Source of the DNA: the human T2T-CHM13v2.0 reference genome, Homo sapiens
Assembly (NCBI RefSeq): GCF_009914755.1
Contig: NC_060926.1
Length of the DNA stretch: 64,000 nt
Direction: 5' to 3' (one strand)
The position numbers and the translations under genes were made by a program. The notes beneath the pieces were generated by a model, which was given only the letters and a program-made list of their open reading frames with translations, made no database searches and was not told the origin of the DNA. This document shows, in pieces, positions 39,329-53,329 of this stretch (positions are counted from its first letter, which is position 1; every line of letters begins with the position of its first letter).

Positions 39329-41275
39329 GGCTCCAAGAGGGCACAATGGGAAAGAGTCTCTTCAATAAACGGTGCTGGGGAAACTGGATTTCCACATGAA
39401 ACAGAATAAAATTGAATGCATATTTCACACCATATACAAAAGTTAATTCAAAATGAATGGAAGACCTAAATGGAAGACCTGAAACCATAACTTCTAGTAT
39501 AGAAAGGAGAAGAAAAAAATTTCTTGGCATTGGCCTTGGCAATATATTTTCTTAAATATTATATCAAACACTTATACTATAAAACCAAAAATAAATAAAT
39601 AACACTACATTGAATCAAAAAGCTTCTGTACAGCAAAGGAAACAATCAATAAAATTTAAAGTCACCTTATGGAAAAAAATAATTGCAAACCATGTACCTG
39701 ATAAGGGGTTACTATTCAAAATTTATAAAGAACTCCTACAACTCAATAGCAGGAAAACAACAACAATTTGTCACAAAACAACTCAAAAAATGGGTGAAGA
39801 ACCTGAACAGACAATTTTCCAAAGAAGACATAAAAATGGCCTTGAGGTACATGAAAAGGTGCTCAACATCATGAATCATAAGGGAAATACAAATTAAAAC
39901 CACATGAGATACTGTCTCACACCTGTAAGGATGACTGTTATCAAATACACAAAAGCTAAGAGTAACACGCCATATTGATTGAAGAAAGGCCAAAATACAC
40001 ATGATCATTTTAATTGATGTAAAATAATCTTTTAACAAAATCCAACACCATTTTATGATAATACACTAATCAAGGTTGGAAAGGAATAAATAAAACTATA
40101 TCTATTTGCAGATTACATGGTCTTGTACATAAAATTTTTTTTTGAAAAATCATAAAAAAAGGAACTTAAAAAACTGAGTGCCAGGATACAAGATCAATAT
40201 GCAAAAATTAATTACACTTTTGTACACTAGAAATAAAATAATTTCAAAATAAAATTTAGAAATCTTTAAAAATAGTATAAAGACAATAAAATATTTATGT
40301 TTAAATTTAACATAAATAAGTGTAAGACTTGTATAGTAAAAAACTATAAAACATTGTAAAAGGAAATTACAGAGGATCAAATACATGGAAGACACCCTAT
40401 GCTACTGATTGCAAGACTTAACCTTGTTAATGTGGTAATATTCTGTAAGTTGATCTACAAATTTAATGTAATTGCTGTCAAAATTCTAACTGGCTTTTAA
40501 CTAACTGTGCTATAATTCTAAAATTTATAGGAAAATGCAAAGAATCCAGAATATCCAAAACAATACTAAAAAAATACATTTGACAGATTCATACTTTTTG
40601 ATTTCAAAATTTACTACAAAGCTTCAGTTATCATGACAGGATGGAAATGGCAAAAGAGACACATAAATCACTGGACATGTAGATTTCTGAAATAATCCCT
40701 TACATATGTGGTTAATTGGTGCTCAAGAAGTGTGCGACCATTTTGGAAAATAGTTCGCTTTGACATTTTCTTAAAATGACAAACATAGAGTTACAATACA
40801 ATCCAGTAATTCCGCTTCTAGGTATATATTCAAGAGAATTGAAAACATATGTTTACAAAAACATATAAGTCTTATTGAACAAATCCAAAAGGCAAAAACA
40901 AACCAAATGTTCATCAGATAATAAATGGATAAATATAATATGTTGTAGTCACATGAGATACTGTTCTGAAATAGACAGGAATAAAGGGCTTATTCCTGCT
41001 ACCACACAGAGGAACCTTGAAAACAATATGCTGAGTGAAAAAAGCCAGTCACAAATGATTGTGTGATTCCCTTTGTATAAAACATCCTAAACAGGCAAAT
41101 CTACAGAGATAGAAAGTGCATTGCTTGTGGCAGTGTCTTGACTGAGGGAGAAATGAGCAGTGCATGTTCATTAGGTGATTAAAAGGTTGTTACTGGTGAA
41201 GGTTGCACAACTCTGAACATACTAAACAAACACACACACAGAAACCAACCTCTAACTTCACATTTTAAAACAGTA

Positions 41276-44090
41276 GGGTGCTGCTGCCTCTGGCGTACAC
41301 ACGCAAGTGTAGACCCCACTGCCACTGCCTCAATGAAATGCTTTGGTTGGCACCCCCCTTTGGAGTATTGTTGCCAACAGACTGGGAACAGCTCAGCCCC
41401 TCCAGCACAGCAGTTGCTTAACCTCAGGTGGCCAGAGAACAAAGCTGTGGTCCTGGTACCAGACCCCAGGGTGAGATCATGCAGCCCAGGAGTGCTGAGC
41501 TGAGCCTTGGCTCCCTGAAATCTTCCAGAAATAAAGCCAGTTGACTGAACACAATTTACACTACAGTCAAACCCTCAAGAGCATCAAAGAAGATAAAAGC
41601 AATAAACCCCAACTAAAGGACAGCAACTTCCAAGATGAAAGGAACATCAGCCCACACAGATGAGAAAGAATCAGCACAAGAACTCTGGTAACTCTAAAAC
41701 CCAGTGTCTACTCACCTCCAAATGACTGGATTGGCTTTCCAGCAATGGTTCTTAATCAGGTTGAAACAGCTGAAATGACAGATATGTAATTCAGAATATG
41801 GATAGAAACAGAAATCATGGAGATGCAGGAGAAAGTCAAAACCCAATCCAAGAAATGTAAGTAATCCAAGAAAATAATACAAGAGCTAAAAGACAAAATA
41901 GCCATTTTAAGAAAGAACTACATTTAGACAGAGCTAGAAAGCTCACTACCAAAGTTTCATAACACAAGCAGAAGTGTTAATAGCATAATAGATCAAGCTG
42001 AGAAAAGAATCTCAGTGCTCAAAGACCAGTTTTTCAAATCAACTCAGACAAAAGTTTAAAAAAGAAATTTAAAAAGAATGAACAAAATCTCTGAGAAATA
42101 TGGGATTATGTAAAAGGACCAATGCTGTGACTCACTGGCATCCCCAAAAGAGACAGAGAGAAAGCAAGCAACTTGGAAAACATATTTGAGGATATTATCC
42201 ATGAAAATTTCCCCAACCTCACTAGAGAGGTTGACATTCAAGAAATGTAGAGGACCCCTGTGAGATACCATAAAAGACAACCAACCCCAAGACCCAGGGT
42301 CATCAGATTCTCTAAGGTCAGCATGAAAGAAAACACATTAGAAGCAGCTAGAAAGAAGGGGCAGGTGAAAAATCTCTACAATGAGAATTACAAAACACTG
42401 CTGAAAGAAAACAGAGACAACACAAATGGAAAAACATACCATGCTCATGGATAGCAAGAATTAATATTGTTAAAATGGCCACACTGCCCAAAGTGATTTA
42501 CAGGTTTAATGCTACTCCTATCAAACTACTAATGACATTTTTCAAAGAATTGGAAAAAAGAATTCTAAAGTTCATGTGGAATAAAAAAAAAAGCCCAAAT
42601 AGCCAAAGCAGTCCTAAGCAAAAAGAGCAAAGCCAATGGCATCACGTTACCTGACTCTAAACTATACTACAAGGCTACAGTAACCAAAACAGCATAGTGA
42701 GACACATAGACCAATGGAACAGGTTTGAAAACCCAGAAATAAAGCTGCACACCTACAACTATCTGATATTTAACAAAATTCAAAAAAAAAAAGAAAGAAA
42801 GAAAAGAAAAGAAAAGAAATACAAGCAAGGGGGAAATAACTCTTTATTCAATAAATGGTGCTGGGATAACCAGCTAGCCATATGCCGAAAATTGAAACTG
42901 GACCTCTTCCTTTCACCATATACAAAAATCAACTCCAGATTGATTAAAGAATTAAATATAAAATCTAAAACTATAAAAACCCTGGAAGAAAACCTAGAAA
43001 ATACCATTCTGGACGTAAGCCTTGGCAACGATTTCATGACAAAGTCACCAAAAGCAATTGCAACAATACCAAAAATAGACAAATGAGACCTAATTAAACT
43101 AGAACTTCTGCACAGCAGAAGAAACTATCAACAGAGTTAACAGACAACCTGTGGAATGGGAGAAAATGTTTGCAAAGTATGCATCTGACAATGGTCTAAT
43201 ACCTAGCATCTATAAGAAACTTAATAAGCAAAAAACAACCCCTTTAATAAATAGACAAAAGACATGAACACACACTTCTAAAAAGAAGACATAAACATGG
43301 CCAACAAACATATGAAAAAATGTTCGACATCAATAATAATTAGAGAAATACAAATCAAAACTATAGTGAGATATCATCTCACACCAGTCAGAATAGCTAT
43401 TAATAAAAAGTCAAAAAATAATAGATGCTGGTGAAGCTGCAGAGAAAAGGGAATTATTATGCAATGCTAGTGGGAATGTAAGCTTGTTCAGCCACTGTGC
43501 AAATCAGTTTGTAGTTTTCTCAAAGAACTTAGAACTACCATAGCAATCCCATTACTGGGGATAAACTCAAAGGAATAGAAATCATTCTAACATAAAGATC
43601 CCTGCATGTGTATGTTCACTGCAGACTATTCAGAATAGTGAAGACATGAAATCAACCCAAATGCTCATCATTAGCGGACTGGTTAAAGAAAATGTGGAAC
43701 ATATATACCACGGAAGACCACACAGCCATAAAAAAGAATGAAATCATGTTTTTTTGCAGCAACATGGATGCAGCTGGAGGCCATTATTCTAACCGAATTT
43801 ACACAGAAACAGAAAACCAAACACTGCATCTTCTCACTTATAACTAAGAGCTAAATATTGAAAACACATGGACATGAAGAAGGACACTGGGTCCTACTTG
43901 AAGGAGGAGGGTGGGAGGAGGGCAAGGATTAAAAAACAACCTGTCAGGTGCTATGCTTATGTCCCGAGTCACGAAATAATCTGTACACCATCTATACACC
44001 AAACCTCTGTGATGTGCAATTTACCCATGTAACAAAACTGCACATGTACACCCAAACCTAAAATTAAAGTTGGAAAGAAAATAAATACGC
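41276..44090 (+). mobile_element. L1PA15/16-like LINE-1 with partial 5' UTR, ORF1 N-terminal part, internal deletion, ORF2 3' part and 3' UTR
   Basis: ORF1 start atgagaaagaatcagcacaag at 41660. The ORF at 42697-43086 is L1 ORF2 ([22 protein letters not shown]). The 3' end reads cctaaaattaaagttggaaagaaa. Confidence 0.9.
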
Positions 44091-44162
44091 AAACAATAAA
44101 AAGGGCGAATTGTATGATATGTAAATTATGTCTTAACAAAGGTGCTATTAAAAAGGGGGATG

Positions 44163-45720
<1,558 letters not shown>

Positions 45721-46146
45721 TGAAGAGTCATAAATGTACAGATTTGTCCAGTAAGAGCAGGTTCTGAGGAAGAGATTTCTAAAATAGAGCATTTTTTGTC
45801 CAGTTACAAACATGCCTTTTTACTTTCACGGATACTGTCAAACGGTCGTCTGTCCATGTTGGTGCCAACAGTGCGCATCTCAACCAGCTCAAGTAACTGT
45901 CACTTAAAAAAATATTTTCCAATCCTAGGAGAGAAAAGATGGCATGATATTATTGGTTTTATGTTTAGTTTCTTATATTTTATGAGACTGAACATCATCT
46001 CGTGCTTATTGAGCACTCTGCTTTTTTGAATTGTGAATTTATGTATTTTCCCTTATTTACCTAATATCACCTTCCAAGTATTATCAGGTATTGTCTCCTC
46101 TTTTCTCTTCCTGCGAGGCTGTGTAGAGGAGAGGCCGCCTGCCCAC

Positions 46147-46533
46147 AGGCTGGAGGGTAGGAGGCAGGGAGGGGGGAGGGTGGGAGGCAGGCAGGTTGGA
46201 GGGTGGGAGTCACAGAGGTGGGAAAGTGGGAGGCAGGGAGGCTGGAGGGTGGGAGGCAGGGAGGCAGGAAGGTGGGAGGCTGGAGGGTGGGAGGCAGGGA
46301 GGGGGGAGGGTGGGAGACAGGCAGGCTGGAGGGTGGGAGTCACAGAGGTGGGAAAGTGGGAGGCAGGGAGGCGGGAAGGTGGGAGGCAAGGAGGCGGGAA
46401 GGTGGGAGGCAGGGAGGCAGGATGATGGGAGGCAGGGAGGCTGGAGGGTGGGAGGCTGGAGGCAGGGAGGCAGGGAGGCAGGAGGGTGGGAGGCAGGAAG
46501 GCTTGAAGGTGGGAGGCTGGAGGCACGGAGGCT
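46147..46533. repeat. G-rich minisatellite (GGGAGGCAGG/GGAGGGT) with an internal 130-bp-period duplication
   Basis: cacagaggtgggaaagtggg occurs at 46211 and 46341. Confidence 0.94.
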
Positions 46534-49500
46534 AAGGCGTGCAGTTACATAGGCTGCATATGTTTTATCTTGGTTTGTTACTTGCTGTTAATCTTGTTTA
46601 TTGTTCTTTGGCCCTACAAAATCTTTTAGCTATTGTGAAAAAATATTTATTTATTTTTTTCCTTGCAGCTTATGGAAAGTGTAAGATTATATATTTTTTC
46701 AAATATTTAGTTCTATTTACATTGCTTTTTATCACATGCAGATTTCTATCTGAGTAGTGTATTATGTGTCTTGGGATCTGACTTTTTTAAATGGAGTTAA
46801 TATTCCCAATATTAGTTATTTAGGAATCCATGAACTGACCTCAAATAACGCTTTTACTACATACTCCATGGATATAATTTGGGGGACTACATCGGGTAAA
46901 TATTTATTAAGTGAGAAGATCAGTGGCTTATTCCTCACCTAATCCTTGTTCACACTAACCTTCGTCACTGCCTGTTCCTGTTCCCCAAGCCCCACTCTAA
47001 TGCTAAGTCATCCTGGCATTTCTTTGAGTTAAGCAGCAATAACTCCTTATTTTGACATTGTATTTTTGACCAATCACAGCGATCTGTTTAACCTCCCCTG
47101 CCCTTCGGTTTAAGACATCACCTTCAGCAGGTATTAGTGTTTCCTCTTACTTTGCTGAAGTAACAACACTGTAGTGGAAACCCGTTATTTAATTCAGCCT
47201 GTGACCCACCTGTGACTCTTCAGGCTACAATAACCTGCAAGCTTCTTTGCTGTTCAATTCTCGATGCATGCTCATCATGTTCTAATTTAAACGCCATCTC
47301 CTCCTCCTGAGGCCCCTCCTGAGGCCCCTCCTGGCCCTGCAGCTGGAGTCCAGGGCTAGTCCCCCACTCTGCTTTCCTCCTAGCACGGCCTGTTCCTGTC
47401 TGCCTTCCACAGCGGGCGCTGAAGAAGCACGGAGAATCTCCCCTGGCCCCTGTTCTCACCCTCACTGCATGTTCCAGGAGATCCTGTGACCTCAGTCAAA
47501 GCTGGGGGCAGTTTTCGAAGGAGGCTTTTCTCTCCAATTCTTCAGCTTATTGTTTCAGGGCATAGCATCCCTGCATAAATGAACAATTTTATTTTCAACT
47601 AAAGGTTTTGTCCCATCATAAAACATTTTCACCATGAGTCAAGGTAACATTCTGATTTTTTTTTAATGGAAAGAAGTAACAGGGAATGAAACATACAAAG
47701 CCAGAAGAGGTTTGGAATTTGAATGGAATCCAGGTGATTGATAAAGCAGGGGTGTTGCTTCATGTCAACCGCCCACTTACCGAACTGGAAAAACAGTAGG
47801 CAATTCATTGAGGGATGATTTTACAGACCTACACAGAGATGGAAATTGACTGCAGAAAAGATTTTGGAAGGCTCACCTCAGCCTCTTTCTGGAGAACCGT
47901 GTTGATCAAGCGTGCAATCACAAACGCAGGCATCCTTCCACCGTGGTGAGGAGGCGACTGTGGGCTGTGTCACAACCCTGATCTGCCTTTCTCCTGATGC
48001 CCACAGACGTTTGAGAAGCATCGCTGCTGCCGTGGAGCACACGGAGTCAGTGAGCTGGGGCTGAGGCTTCCTTATTCCCTGCAGGTGTCTCCTGTGATGC
48101 TGCGTGCTGGAGAGAACCCAAGGTCAGTTACCCTTAGAGCTCCTCCTACGATCCAGTCCGCGTGATCCTTTGAATAATTGCCTTCTGCTGTTTACCGACA
48201 GATTCTCTATTCCTAGAACAGGAGCTAACACTCCATAACCGTTATCTGTATCATTGTGGTAAGTAAAGTTCTCTGACAAGTTCCTCATGTGTGGAACAAG
48301 AGTAACACCCAATGAGCTGCCTGAAGGATTCAGTGTCTTGGTGTTCACAAGGCCCCAGCACATCGTCTAGGACGTGAGACCCACACGCCGCCCTCAGTCT
48401 CCTCAGTTCACTGTTTCCCCCGGGGAAACAACCGCCAGGGCCTGTAGGAAAACACAGCAAACTAGAAAGTCCAGTTGGAAGAGATTTCAGATGTGCTACA
48501 GCCTCCACGGCAGGAGTGAAGCTGGACCTCCAGGCTCCTGGTGAGAGCCGCGGGTGGGTGTGGTGTCCTGGATGCGGGGGGCCGGCCACAGGTGCTGGTG
48601 GGTTCTCCCAGGCATCAAAGGTGCCTGCTACCTCTTGTCCAGACATTGTGAGACATCTGAGCTGGAACGTGAAGTATCACAAGTGTGGAGCTCAGGAGAG
48701 GCCTCCAGAGCAAAGATGAAAGCTTGGGGTCATTTGTCTACAGATGACACTGAGGATTGTGGAGCTGAGTGACACCAGCCGGCAGGAGAGGCCATGGCAG
48801 GAAGTGGAGCCTCCCACCGAACTCCAGGGAGCACCAGCGACTGAGAGGCCACATGGCGGGCGGCTGTGGGTTGGGGGGGCTGCCTGCCCGCACACTCTTT
48901 ACGGCAGAAGCAGTGACATTTCCCTTGCTGTGCCCATGGCAGGGACGGGCCCGTGGCAGGTGCTGTGAGCATGTGCTTGCCAAGTTCCTGATGCGGAGCC
49001 CAGCCAGCCCAGAGGGCCACATTCTTGTCACTGCTTCTTGGAGCCGCAGCTCATGCCAAGTTCCTCACACCCCTCTCTGGGCTCTAACTTTGTGCTGCCT
49101 CAGATGTTCAGGGTACTTTGCTTCAAGCCATATCAAAAGCTGGTTTGAAAAATAAAGTCCTACAGAGGTGCTAACTGAATAAGGTGAGTTTTTTATTTTA
49201 ATAGGTGCCTTCTAAAGACAGCTGTCTTATCTTGTTATTTATCACTCACATCTGACACTAATGTCAGTGATTTCCATGTGGATAGGGAAGGCACTGGGAC
49301 TTGCTGCGGAGCTGGGCATGAGGCTATGAAATTCGAGTCAGTTGCTTTGCTTGGTCCTACTGCACGTCGTGGCAATGCATTTGACACCCATACTGTTATG
49401 CAGCCAGCCAACATTCCTGGAAGCATCCAGTAGCTGGAAAAGTCTCCGGAGAATACAACAGGGTGGTGCTCTGTGCCGGGAAGATGTCCCAAAAAGCATT

Positions 49501-49723
49501 TTCTGGAAACTAATATCCGCCGTGGTCCTATTTTTGAAAGCAGAAATGGCTCTTTGGAGAGAACAATTTAAAGGGTATGAGTGTGTTTGTGCCGTAAGCA
49601 GCGGCTGCTCAACAGGACTGAGCTCCACTGCGGCACTCAGCTCTGAAGACTCAGCTCTGAAGAACGCCCGACCCAAGGGCTCCTCCCCAGAGCTGAGATG
49701 TGAGAAAGGCATGAAAGCAGAAT

Positions 49724-50380
49724 GGGAGACACCTGCACAGGGAGAGTGTCCCGCTACACAGGGAGGGACAGCCAGATACGGGGAGACACCTGCACAGGGA
49801 GAGTGTCCCGCTACACAGGGAGGGACAGCCAGATACGGGGAGACACCTGCACAGGGAGAGTGTCCCGCTACACAGGGAGGGACAGCCAGATATGGGGAGA
49901 CACCTGCACAGGGAGAGTGTCCCGCTACACAGGGAGGGACAGCCAGATAGGGAGAGACACCTGCACAGGGAGAGTGTCACGCTACACAGGGAGGGGCAGC
50001 CAGATATGGGGAGACACCTGCACAGGGAAAGTGTCCTGCTACCCAAGGAGGGACAGCCAGATACGGGGAGACCCTGCACAGGGAGAGTGTCATGCTACAC
50101 AGGGAGGGGCAGCCAGATATGGAGAGACACCTGCACAGGGAGAGTGTCCCACTACACAGGGAGGGACAGCCAGATATGGGGAGACACCTTCACGAGGAGA
50201 GTGTCCCACTACCCAGGGAGGAACAGCTGGGCACAGGGAGATACCTTCACGAGGAGAGTGTTTCACTACACAGGGAGGAACAGCCGGGCACAGGGAGACA
50301 CCTTCACGAGGAGAGTGTTTCACTACCCAAGGAGGGACAGCTGGGCACAGGGAGACACCTTCATGAGGAGACTGTCTCAC
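49724..50380. repeat. 57-bp VNTR, ~11.5 copies
   Basis: Unit gggagacacctgcacagggagagtgtcccgctacacagggagggacagccagatacg. gagacacc starts at 49726, 49783 and 49840. Confidence 0.97.
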
Positions 50381-50850
50381 TAAACATAGAGTGACCCGCA
50401 GGCACAGCATCTGCTTTCATCCCCAGAGGCCAGGACAGTATTTTTGTCCAGTTACTGCTTGGCTCAACTCAACACAACTGAGCCTGGTGATGTTACAGAG
50501 AAATTCTAGAGCCTCAGAAGTCATGTAAATTAGATTCTCCTAATCAACATGGGCTCTGAAATGGGTCCTGTTCAAAGCAGCATTGGTGTCCATTTCTGTA
50601 GTGATGTGTGGACACTGTGTGGCACCTGCATCCTCAGAGGCCAACATCCTTCCTTGTCTTCAGAGAACCCCCTCCTGAGCACAGCGCCCCTCCAAGAGAT
50701 TGTTCTAGGAAACTACTGTGCTGGTACGGAAAAAAGAATAAGCTATTCATGCAGAAATGTATTAACTGCATCAAACCTATTTCCAAAACAGTATTGGAGG
50801 AGGTTTATATTTAAAACCTATATAACACATATGTAGAAATATATAGAACA

Positions 50851-50924
50851 CAGGTTGATGTTCTTGTGGTTTTTGTCATTACTTTTAGTGGCAAAAGCTG
50901 CTATTACTTTTGAACCAACCTCAT
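50851..50924. mobile_element. MADE1 (Hsmar1-derived MITE), degenerate
   Basis: aggttg...ttgtggtttttgtcattacttttagtggcaaaagctgctattacttttgaaccaacct matches the MADE1 palindrome, with a small left-arm deletion. Confidence 0.85.
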
Positions 50925-51344
50925 ATTTAAAATGCATATTACATTGAATAATAATATATTATTTTAAGTATATATACACATGTAGCATATATGTAAATAT
51001 ATTATTTTCTATATGTATATAGTTAAAAATAACTGAAGATGGAGAAAGAGGCTGTTGTCATTGGAAAGGCAGTCACGCAATGCTGGGCATGGGGTCGAAG
51101 TAAACGCCGTTAAGCTGTTGCTTTATTCTGTGTCCTCTGGATCCTTCCGACGCCCAGCTAAATGCACGTCTCCCCTTTCCTTGGCCGTCCTTCTAAACGT
51201 GCATGTAGTCAGATCATTTCTCAGGAACATGCATTCAAAGTGCCTCCTCTTCTGTAGAATTTGGAGGTCTGTGCACAATACAGGCTCCCTGCAGGACCCC
51301 CAGGGGCTCCCTCAAATTCCTACGGTCTCCACCCTTCTTCATCT

Positions 51345-51582
51345 GCCCAAACACCAAGAGTGAACCCCAACAGAAGCTGTGGACACCCTGTGATGTCACA
51401 GTGTGTGCCCTTGGAGGCTCATCCACTGTAACCACTGCTTTGTTTCAGCAGGGATGGTGGTAGCAGGCTGCTACCTGCCAGGCTGTGTGTGCAGGGGATA
51501 TGTGGGAAACCTCTGTTCCTTCCTCTCAATTTTGCTCTGAATCTAAAACCCTGCTTAAAAAAGTCAATTCTTAAAAAAAAAA
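51345..51582 (+). mobile_element. L1MC-type 3' end
   Basis: acaccaagagtgaaccc...ggggatatgtgggaaacctctgttccttcctctcaattttgct...ttaaaaaaaaa. Confidence 0.75.
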
Positions 51583-53329
51583 CAGGATGGAGACAAACCT
51601 TTCAGATACAATACATGAACTTGGGTTCAAAAACAGTAAGAAAACTCTCTCCAGGGCAATTACAGAAATGTAAGTAGAGGCTGTATCCTAGATGGTATTA
51701 TTCAATCAGTGCTAGTTTCTTAGGTGGGTGTGATCATGAATAGTGCTGTAATTATAAAAGTAAATAAAGGCACACGTGGAAGCACTGTTCAGTGACAGCA
51801 TTTCTACAGGGAGCCACAGTGGTGCTGCCAAATTTTTTTTTCTGATGATTTACATTGGTATCAGATTGAACTCAAAGAAACTAGAGAAAGAAATGACTAG
51901 CCCATCCCTAAGGCCCTAGCTAAAATGCCACTGTCTCCACTGATCTTTCACCAAGACATAAATAATATTTCTTCAAGACCATCAACCTTGCAAGTGGCTC
52001 AGGAAGCATGCATTTCTCGTTGTTGGCTAAAAAAGGGTGCCATATGCTTTAGCAATCATAGAGTCAGCCTAGCAATGGGACTTTTCCATATGTAGAGCTA
52101 GGACCTGGCTACTTCTTTAATTAAGTTATAAATCCTTGCCTGATTTTATATTTAATTATTTTATATTTAATATATTTATATTTAATTTTTCAATGAACAA
52201 TAGTTATTTTTCATGTTTTAAATAATTTATCATTGTAGTAGCAAGTCAAGAAGGGTGACCAAGTTGTTCACCTTTTAGTACCTGCAGCTGGTCATGCATG
52301 TCTGGTACCTGAGGCCTCAGTAAATGCTGAAAATTTCATTTAAAAGTAAGTAGCTGGTTTGCTGGACTTACACTGTTATCTCTTTGTAAATGGAACAAGG
52401 CTCCAGTATGACAAAGGGGAAATCAGTTGTATTTAATATCACCAGTCAACAGCCAACACCCCTAAGGCTAACTTACCATCCTTGTACTTACTATGTATAG
52501 CAGCGTACAGTCTCTTTCTAAAAAATTTTGAAACTTTCAATTTGACAAATCACATCTATATTTAATTAATATGAAACAAAAAAACTATGTTGACTTTAAA
52601 AGACCGGACTAGATTAAAATTATCTACACAGAGGATGCATTATATATTCTAAATATTCCACTTATAATTTTCATTTCTATTTAACTTCACACAAAAGAAA
52701 CTTTATTTTGTAATTTTACGAGATTTTCAAGAAAAATATTTTAGTTGATTTAATATTTTTTCATTCAGCACCACACAAATCCTCAGAGAGAAAAACCTTA
52801 TAGGAAACACGACCTTTCCATAACATGCACATTCATCTTCTTCCTTTCAAAATTGTCAATTATCCCAGTTGCTTAGTTCCCAGCATCTTTAAAGAGAATG
52901 AATTATTTATGCAGGTGGTTGCTGAAAATGAAACACCATTCAAAGTTGAAATTAAAGAATTGTAAGAGCTTGGGGAATTCCGATGCCCAAATATCATGGG
53001 GTCATCTTCATTTTAAAGATCGTGGCTTTTAATATTATCATTTTTATGACAGTGTACAGAGCAGGATTCTGGGATGCCTCAGCAGCTTCGCCGTGCCTTA
53101 GCACTTTTCTGAACTAACCAATGTATTACAAACTATCATTGAGATCGAAAGGTTTAGTCACATAACATTACAAATGATGGCATCATGTTAATTTGCATAG
53201 TTTTTCTTCACATTAATTTTATTGTATGGCTTGCTCTTTAGAAAGTGAGCTTCTTAAACTCAAAATAGTTCAATTTATCTACTGAGTTGTATTTTTGGGG
53301 GAGGGTTATCATTTTCCATCACATAAAGT

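Larger units (their letters stand above)
34170..41270 (+). mobile_element. Fragmented old L1s (L1MC/MD/MB-type 5', ORF1, ORF2, 3'), interrupted by MLT1A and MLT2A1
   Basis: ORF1-like cctgaggaagcccagatgttagatttactagac and atttgaagaaataatggct. ORF2-like ttcaataaacggtgctggggaaactgg. The ORF at 39683-39874 contains [13 protein letters not shown]. Confidence 0.8.

Noticed and set aside
42697-43086. L1 ORF2 fragment as a functional CDS
   Set aside because: The element is internally deleted, has stops and frameshifts, and carries an A/AAAG expansion at 42782-42818.
49342-50394. ORFs with ETPAQGECPATQGGTARYG-type repeats
   Set aside because: Produced by the 57-bp VNTR in all frames, with non-ATG starts, an internal TAG and a 2-bp-deleted unit.
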